Shown: positions 52,740-64,000 of the stretch, in pieces | Numbering within the stretch: the first letter of the stretch is position 1 | Layout: each line of letters opens with the position of its first letter | NCBI GenBank assembly: GCA_024679065.1 | Contig: JAGIQG010000015.1 | Location: 38,812,001 to 38,876,000, forward strand | Reading direction: 5' to 3' | Length of the DNA: 64,000 bases | Source: Sphyrna mokarran | Lineage: Eukaryota | Position numbers and translations under genes: made by a program | The notes under the pieces: model-generated | Seen by the model: the letters and a program-made list of their open reading frames with translations, nothing else | Databases searched by the model: none | What the model was told of the DNA's origin: nothing

Positions 52740-53930
52740 TTTGTAGGTAAGCCCATTTCATCACTGTGATAACTGACTTGAACATGTCCGAATACTACTT
52801 CACATCCTCCGTCACCTTTGTGTGCTTGATCTCCCCCCAATTCAATGAAATTTTGCTGAGCTAGTCACACCCTTTCCTTCGACCACAAGGAGGCGATACC
52901 TTGCTTCTTGACTATTATATGTAATATCGACTTCCGATACCCTAACAAAGATACGTATTCTCCGGTGTACATCCAAAGATTAATCTCTGCTGGAAAGTGC
53001 TGGGTTTTAGTTAAAATCCTATGTTAACCTGTAGTTTTCCTCACTAGTTACAGATGTGGAAGCTCCACTGTCCATCTATATCTTGATTTGTTCACCACTG
53101 ACTACAACTATGATAAAAGTATTCTCTGCTTGCATCTCATTGATTCTGAACATGTTGTAAGCTTGCATGTCTGCCTGCTCCAAGCTTTCTATGTGACGTG
53201 TAGTTGATTGAAACTTCTTTGAATTAAAACCTTTTTGTTCAGCCCTCGGCTTAATCTTCGCAGCCCTGCATTTCTTCAGTAAATGTCCTTTCTTACTGCA
53301 TTGGTGACAAATAGCACCATAGACTTGCAATAATTGATAGAGTGTGGTCCATCAGACCCAAAACATTCCAGTGCTTTCACCCTTCTACTTGCAGCTTCTT
53401 TCTGTCCTTGGCACAATGCCCTATCATTTGCCTGCTGAACATGTCTAGTATTTCTGGCAGCAATTTCCATACCCTGAGAAATTTCTTGAATCTTTTTAAA
53501 ACTGTTTGGCTTCCCCCAACAATTGATGCTGAATGGTGTCCTTGTTAATGTTGCAGACCAGCCTCCTGGTGAGCATATCATCTAAAACTGCTCTAAAAGC
53601 AGTGTTCTGAAAGCTGACATTCTTTATAATTAGTTATTAATTGAGCTGCTTTTCAAAAATGGTTATGAAATTTATATCTTTGCACAATCACCGACGGCTT
53701 TGGATTATGGTGAGTCTGGACTACAATAAATGAAATATTCCCTGGTTTCCACAGCATGGCCTGATTCATCAACTTATAAGTCTTCACCCCACATACACAA
53801 AGCAGAATTGAGCACTGCTTCATCTCATCTTCTATTCCAATTGTTAAAACGAAATGCAGTACCCTCTCCAGTCCTCTCTTCTCTCATCAAACTCTCCAAT
53901 TGCCCCAAAACATAGCCATAGCTAACTCGA
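52740..53930 (-). mobile_element. Second decayed Gypsy gag-protease remnant
   Basis: Minus strand has a CCHC knuckle CHQCSKKGHLLKKC, protease-like MDSGAS near 53060..53075, and decayed gag helices. Confidence 0.7.
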
Positions 53931-54573
53931 AATTCTGGCAAATAAATTCATGATGTAAACTAACTACTCATGGTATGCAATCTCATGTTGTGACACTGAA
54001 CATCGACACATTTTTGCTTTCTCTTCACTTTCCAATCTTTCTTTCTCTTCACTTTCTATTTTTTCTTCAATGTCAAAAAGATGCAATAGCTTGGGACCAC
54101 AATATACGTAGTCAAATGTGTCGTTTAAGAGAAGGAATTTCTTCATGTAAATAAATACTGAAGTTTAACAGTCACAGTAATCCAGCAGAACAGTAAAAAC
54201 AATGAAAACAGGAGTATAAGTAAAACTGGTCTTGCCTGCAGAACACATTCTTGCACTCTGAAAAGCCTACCAAAGCCTGCACGTGCTCAGAACCCTGACC
54301 AACGCCAGTAAAACAATGACGCAGGAGAAGAGTATAAAAATAGTCTGTACTCAAAATGACAGGGGAAATGTCACAACCTAATCAGCACTACTTGTTTACA
54401 CAAGTTACAATTTGTGAAATTGGAAAGCCAATCATTATGGAACTTGATTGGAATATATTATGGGTAAATGCTAACCAAAATTTAACTTGGATTAGGAAGG
54501 ATGAAAGTGAAGATATAGCATGTACATCAACTCACGTGTATACACCCCTTTTCCTACTGCTGCTGATCACTAC

Positions 54574-54866
54574 TATCAAACAGATATGCCTAAAATTCCT
54601 ACGGTGTCTAAGGAGGCCATTCGACAGAACATCTTATCCAGGTTCTATCCCCATAACCCCACATTTACTCTGCTGTTTCCCCTAAACTACACATCTTTGG
54701 ACATGAAGGGGCAATTTAATATGGCCAATCCACTGGACAAAACCAGAACACCCAGAGGAAACCCACACAGGCATGGGAACATGCAAACTCCATGAAGTCA
54801 CCCAAGGCTGGAATCAAACCCGGATTCCTGGCAACGTGAAGCTGTAGGGCCAACCACTGTGTAACC
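54574..54866 (-). mobile_element. HE1-like V-SINE
   Basis: Minus-strand head cacagtggttggccct...ccgggtttgattcc, V-domain ggagtttgcatgttccc, tail with ggcctcctt. Confidence 0.75.
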
Positions 54867-55122
54867 CCAATGAGTCATGCAGGAAAGATTTATTCTAGGT
54901 TTACATAATGCCCTCCCCTAACACATGTTGCATAACCTTTGCCCTTTACATGGAAAGCATTTAACATAATTAATTAAGGACCTTTTTTTAATCATGTCAA
55001 TATATGCATAATTTAAAGCATCATAGTTGGAAGAGAAACAAATTAATCAGAATTAAACTTTGAAGAGTAATTTATCTGAAATTACAAAGACTGTTTTCAA
55101 ACCTACTAAAGATCCAACTTAC

Positions 55123-55208
55123 CTGCCCAGGTTTTTATTTTCAGGACTGACCAAATGCATAATATTTCGGAGTGTGTGCAAGGGATGCAACAGTTCTGGA
55201 TTAACATG
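55123..55208 (-). CDS. ATG14: ATG14 penultimate coding exon (86 nt)
   Basis: cag|HVNPELLHPLHTLRNIMHLVSPENKNLG(R)|gtaagt; homologous to human [22 protein letters not shown]. Confidence 0.95.
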
Positions 55209-55481
55209 CTGCGTGATAAGAAAACCGTACAAATTATTAACGATGTTAGAAACTAAATTAGTGTGAACAAAGAATTTTGTCAATTTTGTTACGATAAATT
55301 GTAAACATGGTTTTTAAAAAACCTGAACTATACATTGCTGCATTTTTCAGCTTCTAGTAACTTAAAACTGTGCCAAGATATTTACGAGTAATAAAATTAG
55401 TAGGTACAAAGCCAATCACGCAGTTTAATAAAAAAAACTGAAATTCAAAACTTCAATCTAATTGGCATCCAACTGTGGTAC

Positions 55482-55572
55482 CTGGGAAAAGCAGAGATGC
55501 AGGATGTTAGTGTTTAGCTTATTCACTGCTCGAATGAACTTCTTTCTGCTCATATTCTCTTCACAAAACTCA
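55482..55572 (-). CDS. ATG14: ATG14 coding exon (91 nt)
   Basis: ttctgcag|(S)[30 protein letters not shown]|gtacca; phases consistent with both neighbours. Confidence 0.95.
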
Positions 55573-56479
55573 CTGCAGAAGACAAAGCACCTTAGTAATT
55601 CAAAATTCATTACATTTTTGTGAAACTATAATAAAATAGAAAATGTTTTTTACAGTGATCAAAATAGAATTAGTTCAATATATTAGCAACATCATTATAT
55701 ACGTGTTTTGGAGCAAAATATATTGGCACGATAGCATTTAAAAGTTTTGAGAATTTTCAGAATGAATGCTAAAAACCGAGTAAATAGTATACTGGCAAAG
55801 CTATTACACTTCAGCAATTATAAACAATAGGTCATTGACTAGGCACTGCCTTTTTGCAGTTAAATTATCCTATATGCAGAAAGGCAGTCATCTAGAGTTA
55901 GATTGGAAAAAAAAACTGGAAAGAACAATTACAAGCAATTTATATTTTGATCATGTTAGGTATGATTTTTCATAGGTATGAGGTATTGACTTTTAAAAGA
56001 AGAAAGTAAAATCGTTATTATTTTCAAGCCATTTCTGGGATTTGGTCTAGTCCAACCACCTGTAAATTTTGCTTTCATTTAGACTAGTGTCAGACACAAG
56101 TTCTGCACTGCTGAAGTAATAATTTTTTTTAAACTTGAGATATGGAAGTCAAATTTCATCAGGACAATAGACAGAAAACCTGCTCACAAGCCTGTATTAT
56201 CTTGACTGGTCAAAATCTGAACTCCTTTCCAGAGGTTTCAATGAGTAAGGGCACCACATAATGTGGAACTAAGTTTATGCCAGAGGTTCTACTTATAATT
56301 CCAAGTTAATACTGAGTTAACATATGTACATAAAGATTGTAAGGGTTGGTAGGTTTGACAGCAATTACACATCAGTCTTCTAAATCCAGAAATAGGAAAA
56401 TGAGCTTGAATGCCAACTTCTGTTGAAATCGAGTATCCTGTCTCCATGTGAATATTGGGTAACAACATGAATGATACAG

Positions 56480-56640
56480 AAGAAAAATACTGTTGGTGTT
56501 GGAAATCTAAAATAAAAAACAGAAAATGCTGGTAACATTCAACAGGTCAGGCAGCATCTGTGAATGAATCAGAGCTGTGACATTTAACTGTTTCTCTTTA
56601 CACACGCTACCTGACCCATTAATTATCAGCATTTTGCATA
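56480..56640. mobile_element. Decayed palindromic Penelope-derived non-autonomous element
   Basis: aaaatgctggtaacattcaacaggtcaggcagcatctgtg is the inverse of cacacgctacctgacccattaattatcagcatttt; same family as 20997..21190. Confidence 0.65.
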
Positions 56641-57159
56641 TATTTTGAGAGCAGGATTCAGTTGGCTGTAAACACTCCCTACAGTGGGATAGCTTAATAG
56701 TTTTTACTGTTCAATCTTTTATCAAAAATGAAAATTTCACTACTGTTATGACAGGTGCTAGTGCTTGTTGAATCATATCTTAATCATTAGGAATCATCTG
56801 CAACAGAGGAAGTATAAAAGAGAATATATTAGAGAATACCATTTCTGGTATTTGATATAGCACTTTTATAATCTTTAGCCAATTCCATTAAGTCATTAAA
56901 ACAGAAAAGGCTGAATCTCTCTTAGAGTGTGTTTTCTTCTCGTGATATTTCTTGTGAAGTGTCTTATGATATTTCTTTTTAGTCATCCTTTAACAACGTC
57001 TTGATTTTGAAAATCAGGGCCAAGGCATTTCTAGTAGTCCAACTGCCAATGGATTAGTCTTAAAATAATAAAACAAAAATTCTTCTTATCCAGTGGAGAA
57101 CTTTATTTGCATGCTTCTGAAGGTTTACTATTAAAATTATGTGATTTTAGGATCCTCAC

Positions 57160-57277
57160 CTGTTGCAAAGTCTTTTGGGAAGATTTACATCAAGAATGTG
57201 AGAAAGTATATTTGCTAGTTGTGTAGCATAGCACAATGCTGCACTGATGGTATAGGCTGGGTTACTTTGCTCCATAT
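57160..57277 (-). CDS. ATG14: ATG14 coding exon (118 nt); more 5' exons lie outside the window
   Basis: tatacag|(D)[38 protein letters not shown](S)|gtgagg; nearly identical to human. Confidence 0.96.
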
Positions 57278-58196
57278 CTGTATATAAGCAACATAGAGCA
57301 AGATATAGATTGAAAAAGATCCACAAACACGCATTTCCAAATCTTTAATATCACAAAAATACTTAGAAAGCAACAACTTGCACATTTATTTAAGCTTGTA
57401 AAACATCCCAAGCATTTTAGCAGGAATGTAACCAAAAAGCATTGAAATAGTACCTTTAATGTAGTAAAATGCCGCAAGGGAATTCAACAAAGAGTTATCA
57501 AACAGAGGCTGACCAAAAGTTTGGTCAAAGAAGATATTTTAAGGAACAGGGATGATAGTGGCTGAAGACAAAAAGTTTGAACATTAATGGCCAAAGACAA
57601 AAAGATCAGAAATGTTTTTCTGACAAGCAATCATGTACACATCATAACACAAAGCAACAAGTTTACTCTGTGAGCGGATTATAGCACTTTTAATGATCTA
57701 TGGTTAAATGCAAGTGTTTTATAGGCTTCGAGAATCTCAGTTTCTATTGGTGCAGCAAACAAGTAGTCCTCACAGGAGGCATTTGTCAGGTAATCGTGCA
57801 CACTTAAATTCTAGGTCAGAGATATCTTGACAATGTAAACATAACTTGCATATTACAATTAATAAATATTAAGCTGAATGTGAATAACTGAAAGAGCAAA
57901 AGGAAAAATTATAGTCCCCAACAAATCTCTGCATTGAGAGTAAAGCTATTTTTATTACGAGAGCATTTTCATCCATACATTTGCTGATGGTTAAAGATAA
58001 TTTCTAGTTAAATTGTTCAAAAATGTTTTCTCAATATACAGCTGCTTGTGAAGACAAAGTATTTTACAAATAATTTGAAGTCAAATGAATAATCAGCAAA
58101 ATCATAGGAAATAGTTGTATTTGACCACATTCCACAGAAGGCTGGTCTACCCTAAATACTGGTAGCAACCATTTAATGACCACTGCAGTTGCTAGT

Positions 58197-58984
58197 TATA
58201 GAACATAGAACACTACAGCACAAACAGGCCCTTCGGCCCACAAGTTACGCAGAACACATCAAAACCTACCCAGCCACAGACCTATCTATAACCCCCAATC
58301 CCATTGGATCCCATATACTCATCCAGAAGTCTTTTAAAAGACCCCAGCGAGTTCGCCTCGACCACCACCGATGGCAGCCGATTCCATTCACTCACCACCC
58401 TCTGAGTGAAAAACTTTCCCCTAGCATCCCCTCTGTACTTGCTTCCCTGCACCTTAAATCTGTGCCCTCTCGTCGCGACCATTTCAGCCCTGGGAAATAG
58501 TCTCTGAGAGTCCACCCTATCTATTCCTCTCAACATCTTGTAAACCTCTATCAGGTCGCCTCTCAACCTTCGTCTCTCCAGGGAGAACAGTCCCAGCTCC
58601 CTCAACCTGTCTTCATAAGGCATGCCTCCCAATCCAGGCAACATCCTTGTAAATCTCCTCTGCACCCTTTCAATAGCTTCCACGTCCTTCCTATAGTGAG
58701 GCGACCAGAACTGCGCACAGTACTCCAAGTGTGGTCTGACAAGGGTCCTATAAAGCTGCAGCATTACCTCCTGACTCCTGAACTCAATCCCTCGATGAAT
58801 GAAGGCCAGTACACCGTAAGCTTTCTTAACCACATCCTCCACCTGGGAGGCCGATTTGAGAGTCTTATGGACCCGGACCCCAAGATCCCTCTGCTCTTCC
58901 ACACAGCTAAGACTCCTACCTTTGATAATGTACTCATTCATCCTGTTGGATCTGCCAAAATGGACCACAACACATTTATCCGCA
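58197..58984 (-). mobile_element. Young 5'-truncated CR1 LINE (short-UTR family) in an ATG14 intron
   Basis: Uninterrupted ORF2 C-terminus (ORF 58282..58992) and (tgttcta)n tail. Confidence 0.93.
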
Positions 58985-59028
58985 TGGTCCATTTTGGCAG
59001 ATCCAACTTGGATGAATGAGTACTTATT

Positions 59029-59084
59029 TATTTAACAACTGATATTTAACAACTGTTATTTAACAACTGTTATTTAACAATTGT
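59029..59084. repeat. Tandem repeat (TATTTAACAACTGT) x4
   Basis: 14-bp unit read directly, single variants in units 1 and 4. Confidence 0.9.
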
Positions 59085-61341
59085 TTTTGTTCTATTATTA
59101 ACTACTGTAAATTGGTACCTTTTGATCAATAAACCATGGAACATCACTCAAAGCAACCCCCTGACGCATAAGGAATTGTAAAAGCACCACGAGATGATTG
59201 CATTTGAGCTAATTTTTTGATTCTAAATCTAACAACCATCTCATCTAGCTGGAATGGTGACATTTGAGTTACTTCATTATGAAGGAATAGAATACACACC
59301 CTATCAAGTACCAGTGGTACTTGAAGAAAAGGGAGAGGAGAGAAAGTGGGTGACAGGAAATAGAGGAAGAGAGGGAGAAGTGGGACGAAGTCCCCTGCAG
59401 ATTAACTGCATTGTGACCACTTAACATGTCTCCAAATGAATGCCGTTTCCAGTCCTTTGTGAGAGATTTGGGATTTTGGGAGTAAAGGAGGTAGGAACAA
59501 ACACACTCTTTCTTCCATCTCCCATTAATTCACCCAACTCACCAAGAGTTCGCATGACCGACCCTATACCCGAGTAGGCAAACACCCACCAAGTAATATA
59601 GTAATCACCCTGATCAATATTGCCAAACCTGATAAACAATTAACTCAACCAGTGTCTTAATATAATATCATTGGAAGTGAACTGGATCAAATTAGTGCCT
59701 TCAGATAGCCCAGGAGTGGTTTGGGCAGTTTGTGGAAACAGATGGTAACTTGTTCCAGGCTTGAGAGGCTAAATAGCTGCAGCCAGGTCTGGGAAGGAAG
59801 CTAAGTCAGGCCTAACTTCCAGCCCTGTAGCTGGCTTTTACATTCTCTCCCAAGCTTGGACTACTTTGGAGAAGGTGGTGGCAACTGGACCATGTGAGTG
59901 AGATTTTGGGAGGGGTTTCAGAAACAAATTAAAAGGATGCAATTCCATGATCAAATGTCAGAACTTTTTAACCCTTGTAGAAACAACTTAAAAGGAGCAA
60001 AGAGAAATAGTCAAATGGAGAGATTTCAGAAGAAATTCCAGAGCTTAAGGAGTAAGCAGCTGAAGAATGGTAGCAATGGTGGCCAAAATTAGAGCAGCAC
60101 AAATATCAGAAGGTTGTAAGGGTAGAGGAAGATATAGAAAGGGGAAGAGAACCTTCAATACTCTCTACAGGTCCTATCTGTCTAGATTAAATGAAGCAAA
60201 ATATCAATGTGACATACATCAATATAAAACAGCAATAATTTTTATTCTAGAATGTAACACTCAAAATTTAAGTTTAAAAAAACTTATTACAAAAGTTTTT
60301 GATAATTACTTCTGTATTAGCTATCCAAATTTGTTCTTTACAGCATATAACAAAACAAGGTTTGAATTATCGTGCATGTTTGCAACCAGGACAATATTCA
60401 ACTTTGAACTCAGGTTTCTTTCTTTACATAACTAAGGCAAGTGATTGACATGCACATTTATTCCATTCAAGAACACATCATGGGGTAGCCATGAACCACT
60501 CGTTTACACAATTTATATGTACACAACAACTAGAAGTTAACTAAACAAAGGGAGACTTAGAGACAATAGACTAAATCCTGAGCTCATGTTCACCATCTGC
60601 AAGGTTGGTGGTGAGGGCTCCGATCCGGAAGCTGCAGTTCTCGCTGGTGAGAATGCGACTTCAGATTTTCCCCACCTTTAGCTGGCAATGTCATCAGGTT
60701 CATATTCATAGTGGGTGGGAACCTCCTTTGCATGCACTACGATACTATTAACGCCCCTCTCCAAATACTGATACCATGCCAATGTCACGCTGCGGGGTTC
60801 ACAACAGGTTCACACACGTGAACCTGTCATGGAGGTCTCCACAGGAGCACAAAGCAACGGTGGTGGTGGTGGTTTGCTCAGGCAGAGTCCTGGCAATGCT
60901 CCTTGACACAGGTTAGCACTGCCTTGTTGGCAACATGTCACCCTGGCAGTGCCATCCTGTGCCAAGGGACGGTCACAGTAGGAGCTTCATAGGGGAGGGT
61001 CCGCAGTTAATACTGCCATGCTTTGGGCTGGTAGCCATCCAATGAGCAAAGGATGCCTATTCGATGGAGGTTACACTTTATCAAAACAATGGGATTCAGA
61101 GGACTGCAATATTGCTGCATGCTATTTCAACTCTGCACATTATCAATGTTGATGGCCTCCAAATGTGATTGAGGGTCTAAATCATGAACAGGCTTGTCCT
61201 TTAGTTTAAATCAGCCAAATGCACTTCCCTAATGGTCTTTAGAGAAGATAAATTATTATTGAATCAGTTTTGATTAGACACACACGTTTTGCATACCACA
61301 ACCTTTTTTATGCATTATTATCAGAAATCCTACAGCATAAT

Positions 61342-63480
61342 AAGAAGTCTCACAATACCAGATTGAAGCCCAACAGGTTTATTTGGTAGCACAAACTTTC
61401 GAAGTGTTGCTCCTTCTTCAGGTGAGTTTGTTCACAAACAAAGCATACAGAGAGACAAATTCAATTTACAAAATAATGGTTGGAATGCAAGTCTTTACAA
61501 ATAATCAAGTTCTAAAGCTACAGGCAATGTGAGTGGAGTGAGGGTTAAGCACAGATTAAAGAGGCATGTACCATCTCCAGCCAGGACAGTTAGTGAGATT
61601 TTACGTGCCCAGGCAAGTCGTGAGGGTTACAGATAATGTGACACGAACCCAAGATCTCAGTTGAGTCCGCTTTCATATGCAAAACTTGGCTATACGTCTC
61701 TGCTCAGCGATTCTGCGTTGTCGTGTGTCGTGAAGGCTGCCTTGGAAAACGCTTACCCGAAGATCAGAGGCTGAATGCCTGTGACTGCTTAAGAGAACTC
61801 TCTGCCTGGTGATTGTCGAGTGGTGTTTATTAATCTGTTGTCATAGCATCTGCATGTCTCCCCAATGTACCATGCCTCAGCACATCCTTTCCTGCAGCGT
61901 ATCAGGTAGACAGCATTGGCCGAGTTGCATGAGTGTCAACTGTGTACCTGGTGGATGGTGTTTTTAGGTGAGATGATGGCATCCGTGTTGATGATCCAGC
62001 ATGTCTTGTGAGATTGCTGCGGCAGAGTTCTGTGGTATCACGGTCACTGTTCTCCTGAAGGTTAGGTAGTTTGCTGTGGACAAAGATCTGTTTGAGGTTG
62101 TGCAGTTGTTTGAAAGCAAGAAGTGGGGTGGCCTTGGCGAGATGTTAGTTTTTATTGATGACATGTTGGAAGCTCCGAAAATGATGTCATAGCCTCTCCA
62201 TTCTGGGGAAGTACTGGACAATGAAGTCTGTCTGCCATATTGCGTGTTTGTCTTCTGAGGAGGTCAGTACGCTTTCTCACTGTGGCGCATCGGAACTGTT
62301 GATCAACGAGTCAAGCACCATATCCTGTTCTTATGAGGGTGTCTTTCAGCATCTGTGTCAGATCCTGCATTACGGAAGGCTAGTCCATAGGAGATAGCTT
62401 CTTTAATGTGTTTAGGGTGGAAGTTGAAAAAGTAGAGTATCGTGAGGTTATCCATGAGCTTACAGTACAGTGAAATGCTGAGATAACATCCTTAATAGAG
62501 AATGCATGTATCCAAGAATGCAACAGGTTTCAAAGAGTATCCATGGTGAGTCTGACGGTGGGATGGAACTTGTTGATGTCATCATATAGTTGTTTCAGTG
62601 ATTGTTCGCCATGAGTCCGAAGAAAGAAAATGTCATCAATGTATCTAGTGTATAATGTCAGTTGAAAATTCTGTGCAGTGAAGAGGTCTTGTTTGAATCT
62701 GTCATAAAGATGTTGGCACATTGAGGTGCAAATTTAGTCCCCAGGGCTGTTCCGTGTGTTTGGATGAAGAACTGATTGTTGAAGGTGAAGAAGTTATGGT
62801 CCAGGATGAAATTGATGAGTTGTAGAATTGCATCTGGAGATTCGCAGTTATAAGCCAGAGTACTAAGGCAGTTGCAGCAATACTGTCATCATGGCGGATG
62901 CTGGTGTACAGTGCCGAGACATCCACTGTGACAAGGAGTGCTTTTGGTTCAACTGCTCCATGTGTGCTGAGTTTCTGTAGGAAGTCCATAGTGTCGCGAC
63001 AGAAGCAGAGGGTTCTTTGTACATAGGTTTCAGGATGCCCTCGATGTAGCCCGAGAGATTCTCACAGTGTCCCATTGCCTGATATGATGGGATGGCCGTA
63101 GCTGGTGGGGAGTATGTGGGATGAGAGCACGGAACTCTGAAGATCCGGATCAAAGGTCTTGATCAGTCTGTTGAGTTGATGGGTGTGTTCTTTGGTCAGA
63201 TCTGGGGCTAACTGTCTGTAGTGTCCCTCGTTGTTCAGTTGTTGGTACACTTTGCAGTAATCCATTCTGTTCAGTGTGACAGTGGTCCCTCCTTTGCTGG
63301 TTTGATGACAACGTTGTGGTTGGTCTTGAAAACACAGATGGTATCGTGTTGTACTTGGATGACGTTCAGGGCTGTCTTGTGAGTGCAACCGATGAATCTG
63401 GTAATGATACATCTCCTGGCGGCTTGGGCATATGTGTTGAGTTGAGGGCAGTGGTCTTCCAGAGGAGTCCAATTCACTGA
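61342..63480 (-). mobile_element. Decayed Penelope-like element (RT, probable GIY-YIG region, 3' pLTR)
   Basis: LVTVDVSALYTSI and LYTRYIDDIFF RT motifs, DINKFHPTVRLT, RPIISG-like; the 3' end holds a hammerhead and aataaacctgttgg...tgtgagacttctt. Confidence 0.88.
61390..61424 (-). ncRNA. Degenerate minimal type I hammerhead ribozyme of the Penelope pLTR
   Basis: Minus strand CAC-CUGAAGA-a-GGAG-caaca-CUUC-GAAA-GUUU-GUG: core boxes, stem II and CAC/GUG stem I. Confidence 0.7.
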
Positions 63481-64000
63481 ACCGCAAGTCCACAGATAAC
63501 CTCACAATGCTCCACTTCTCTAGCTTTCACCCTAAACACATTAAAGAAGCCAATCCCTATGGACAAGGTCTCCACATACATAGGGTCTGCTCAGATGAGG
63601 AGGATCGCAACAGACATCTACAGACGCCAAAAGACATCAGCATAAGAACAGAATATGACGCTCGACTCATCAATCGACAGTTCCGACGCGCCACAGCGAA
63701 AAACTACACCAACCACTCCGGGTACTTCCCCGGAGCAGAGAAGCTATGACATCTTCTCTGGAGCCTTCAACATGTCATCGATAAAGATTAACATCTCGCC
63801 AAGGCCAATCCCACATCTCCACTTTTTGCCTTCAAACAACCGCATAACCTCAAACAAACAATTGTCCACAGCAAACTATCCAGCCTTCAGGAGAAGTGAC
63901 CATGATACCACATAACCCTGCCACAGCAAGCTCTACAAGATATGCCAGATCATCGAGATACATGCTATCACCTCACGAGAACATCATCCAACAGGTACAT
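63481..64000 (+). mobile_element. Inverted copy of the Penelope-like element's 3' half (runs off window)
   Basis: MLHFSSFHPKHIKEA.PYGQ.L.IHRVCSDEE; homologous to the minus strand of about 61960..62468. Confidence 0.85.

Noticed and set aside
59029-59084. CRISPR-like array
   Set aside because: Direct tandem 14-mers with no spacers in eukaryotic DNA.
59421-59639. Next upstream ATG14 exon (GDYYITWWV resembles GDYSAYYSWV)
   Set aside because: Flanking residues do not match ATG14, unlike the near-identical true exons, and no fitting splice sites were found.
61201-61212. Second gatttaaactaa slippery-site string on the minus strand
   Set aside because: No CR1 ORF1/ORF2 context around it; likely chance in AT-rich DNA.

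Overview
Vertebrate genomic DNA, most likely a shark or ray (inferred from HE1/V-SINE-type SINEs, CR1-clade LINEs and Penelope-like elements). Two convergent host genes: the single coding exon of FBXO34 (+, 17161..19362) and the last four coding exons of ATG14 (-, 49765..57277), in the same tail-to-tail order as in human. The rest is largely layered transposon debris: CR1 LINEs of several ages, Rex1/Babar and L2 fragments, tRNA-derived SINEs, a decayed Gypsy provirus (35106..42779) with five nested insertions, a second Gypsy gag-pro remnant, and a Penelope-like element with a degenerate minimal hammerhead. The most unusual signal is a CR1-clade LINE family with nine copies in about three subfamilies. 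Its long 3' UTR holds a captured V-SINE whose Pol III boxes have been remodelled into hairpins. Upstream of that lie a ~120-nt three-way-junction RNA fold with compensatory substitutions and a conserved splice-acceptor-like site. The longest copy also has a U_UUA_AAC -1 slippery site at the ORF1/ORF2 junction. Family names come from recall and manual alignment; no searches were run.
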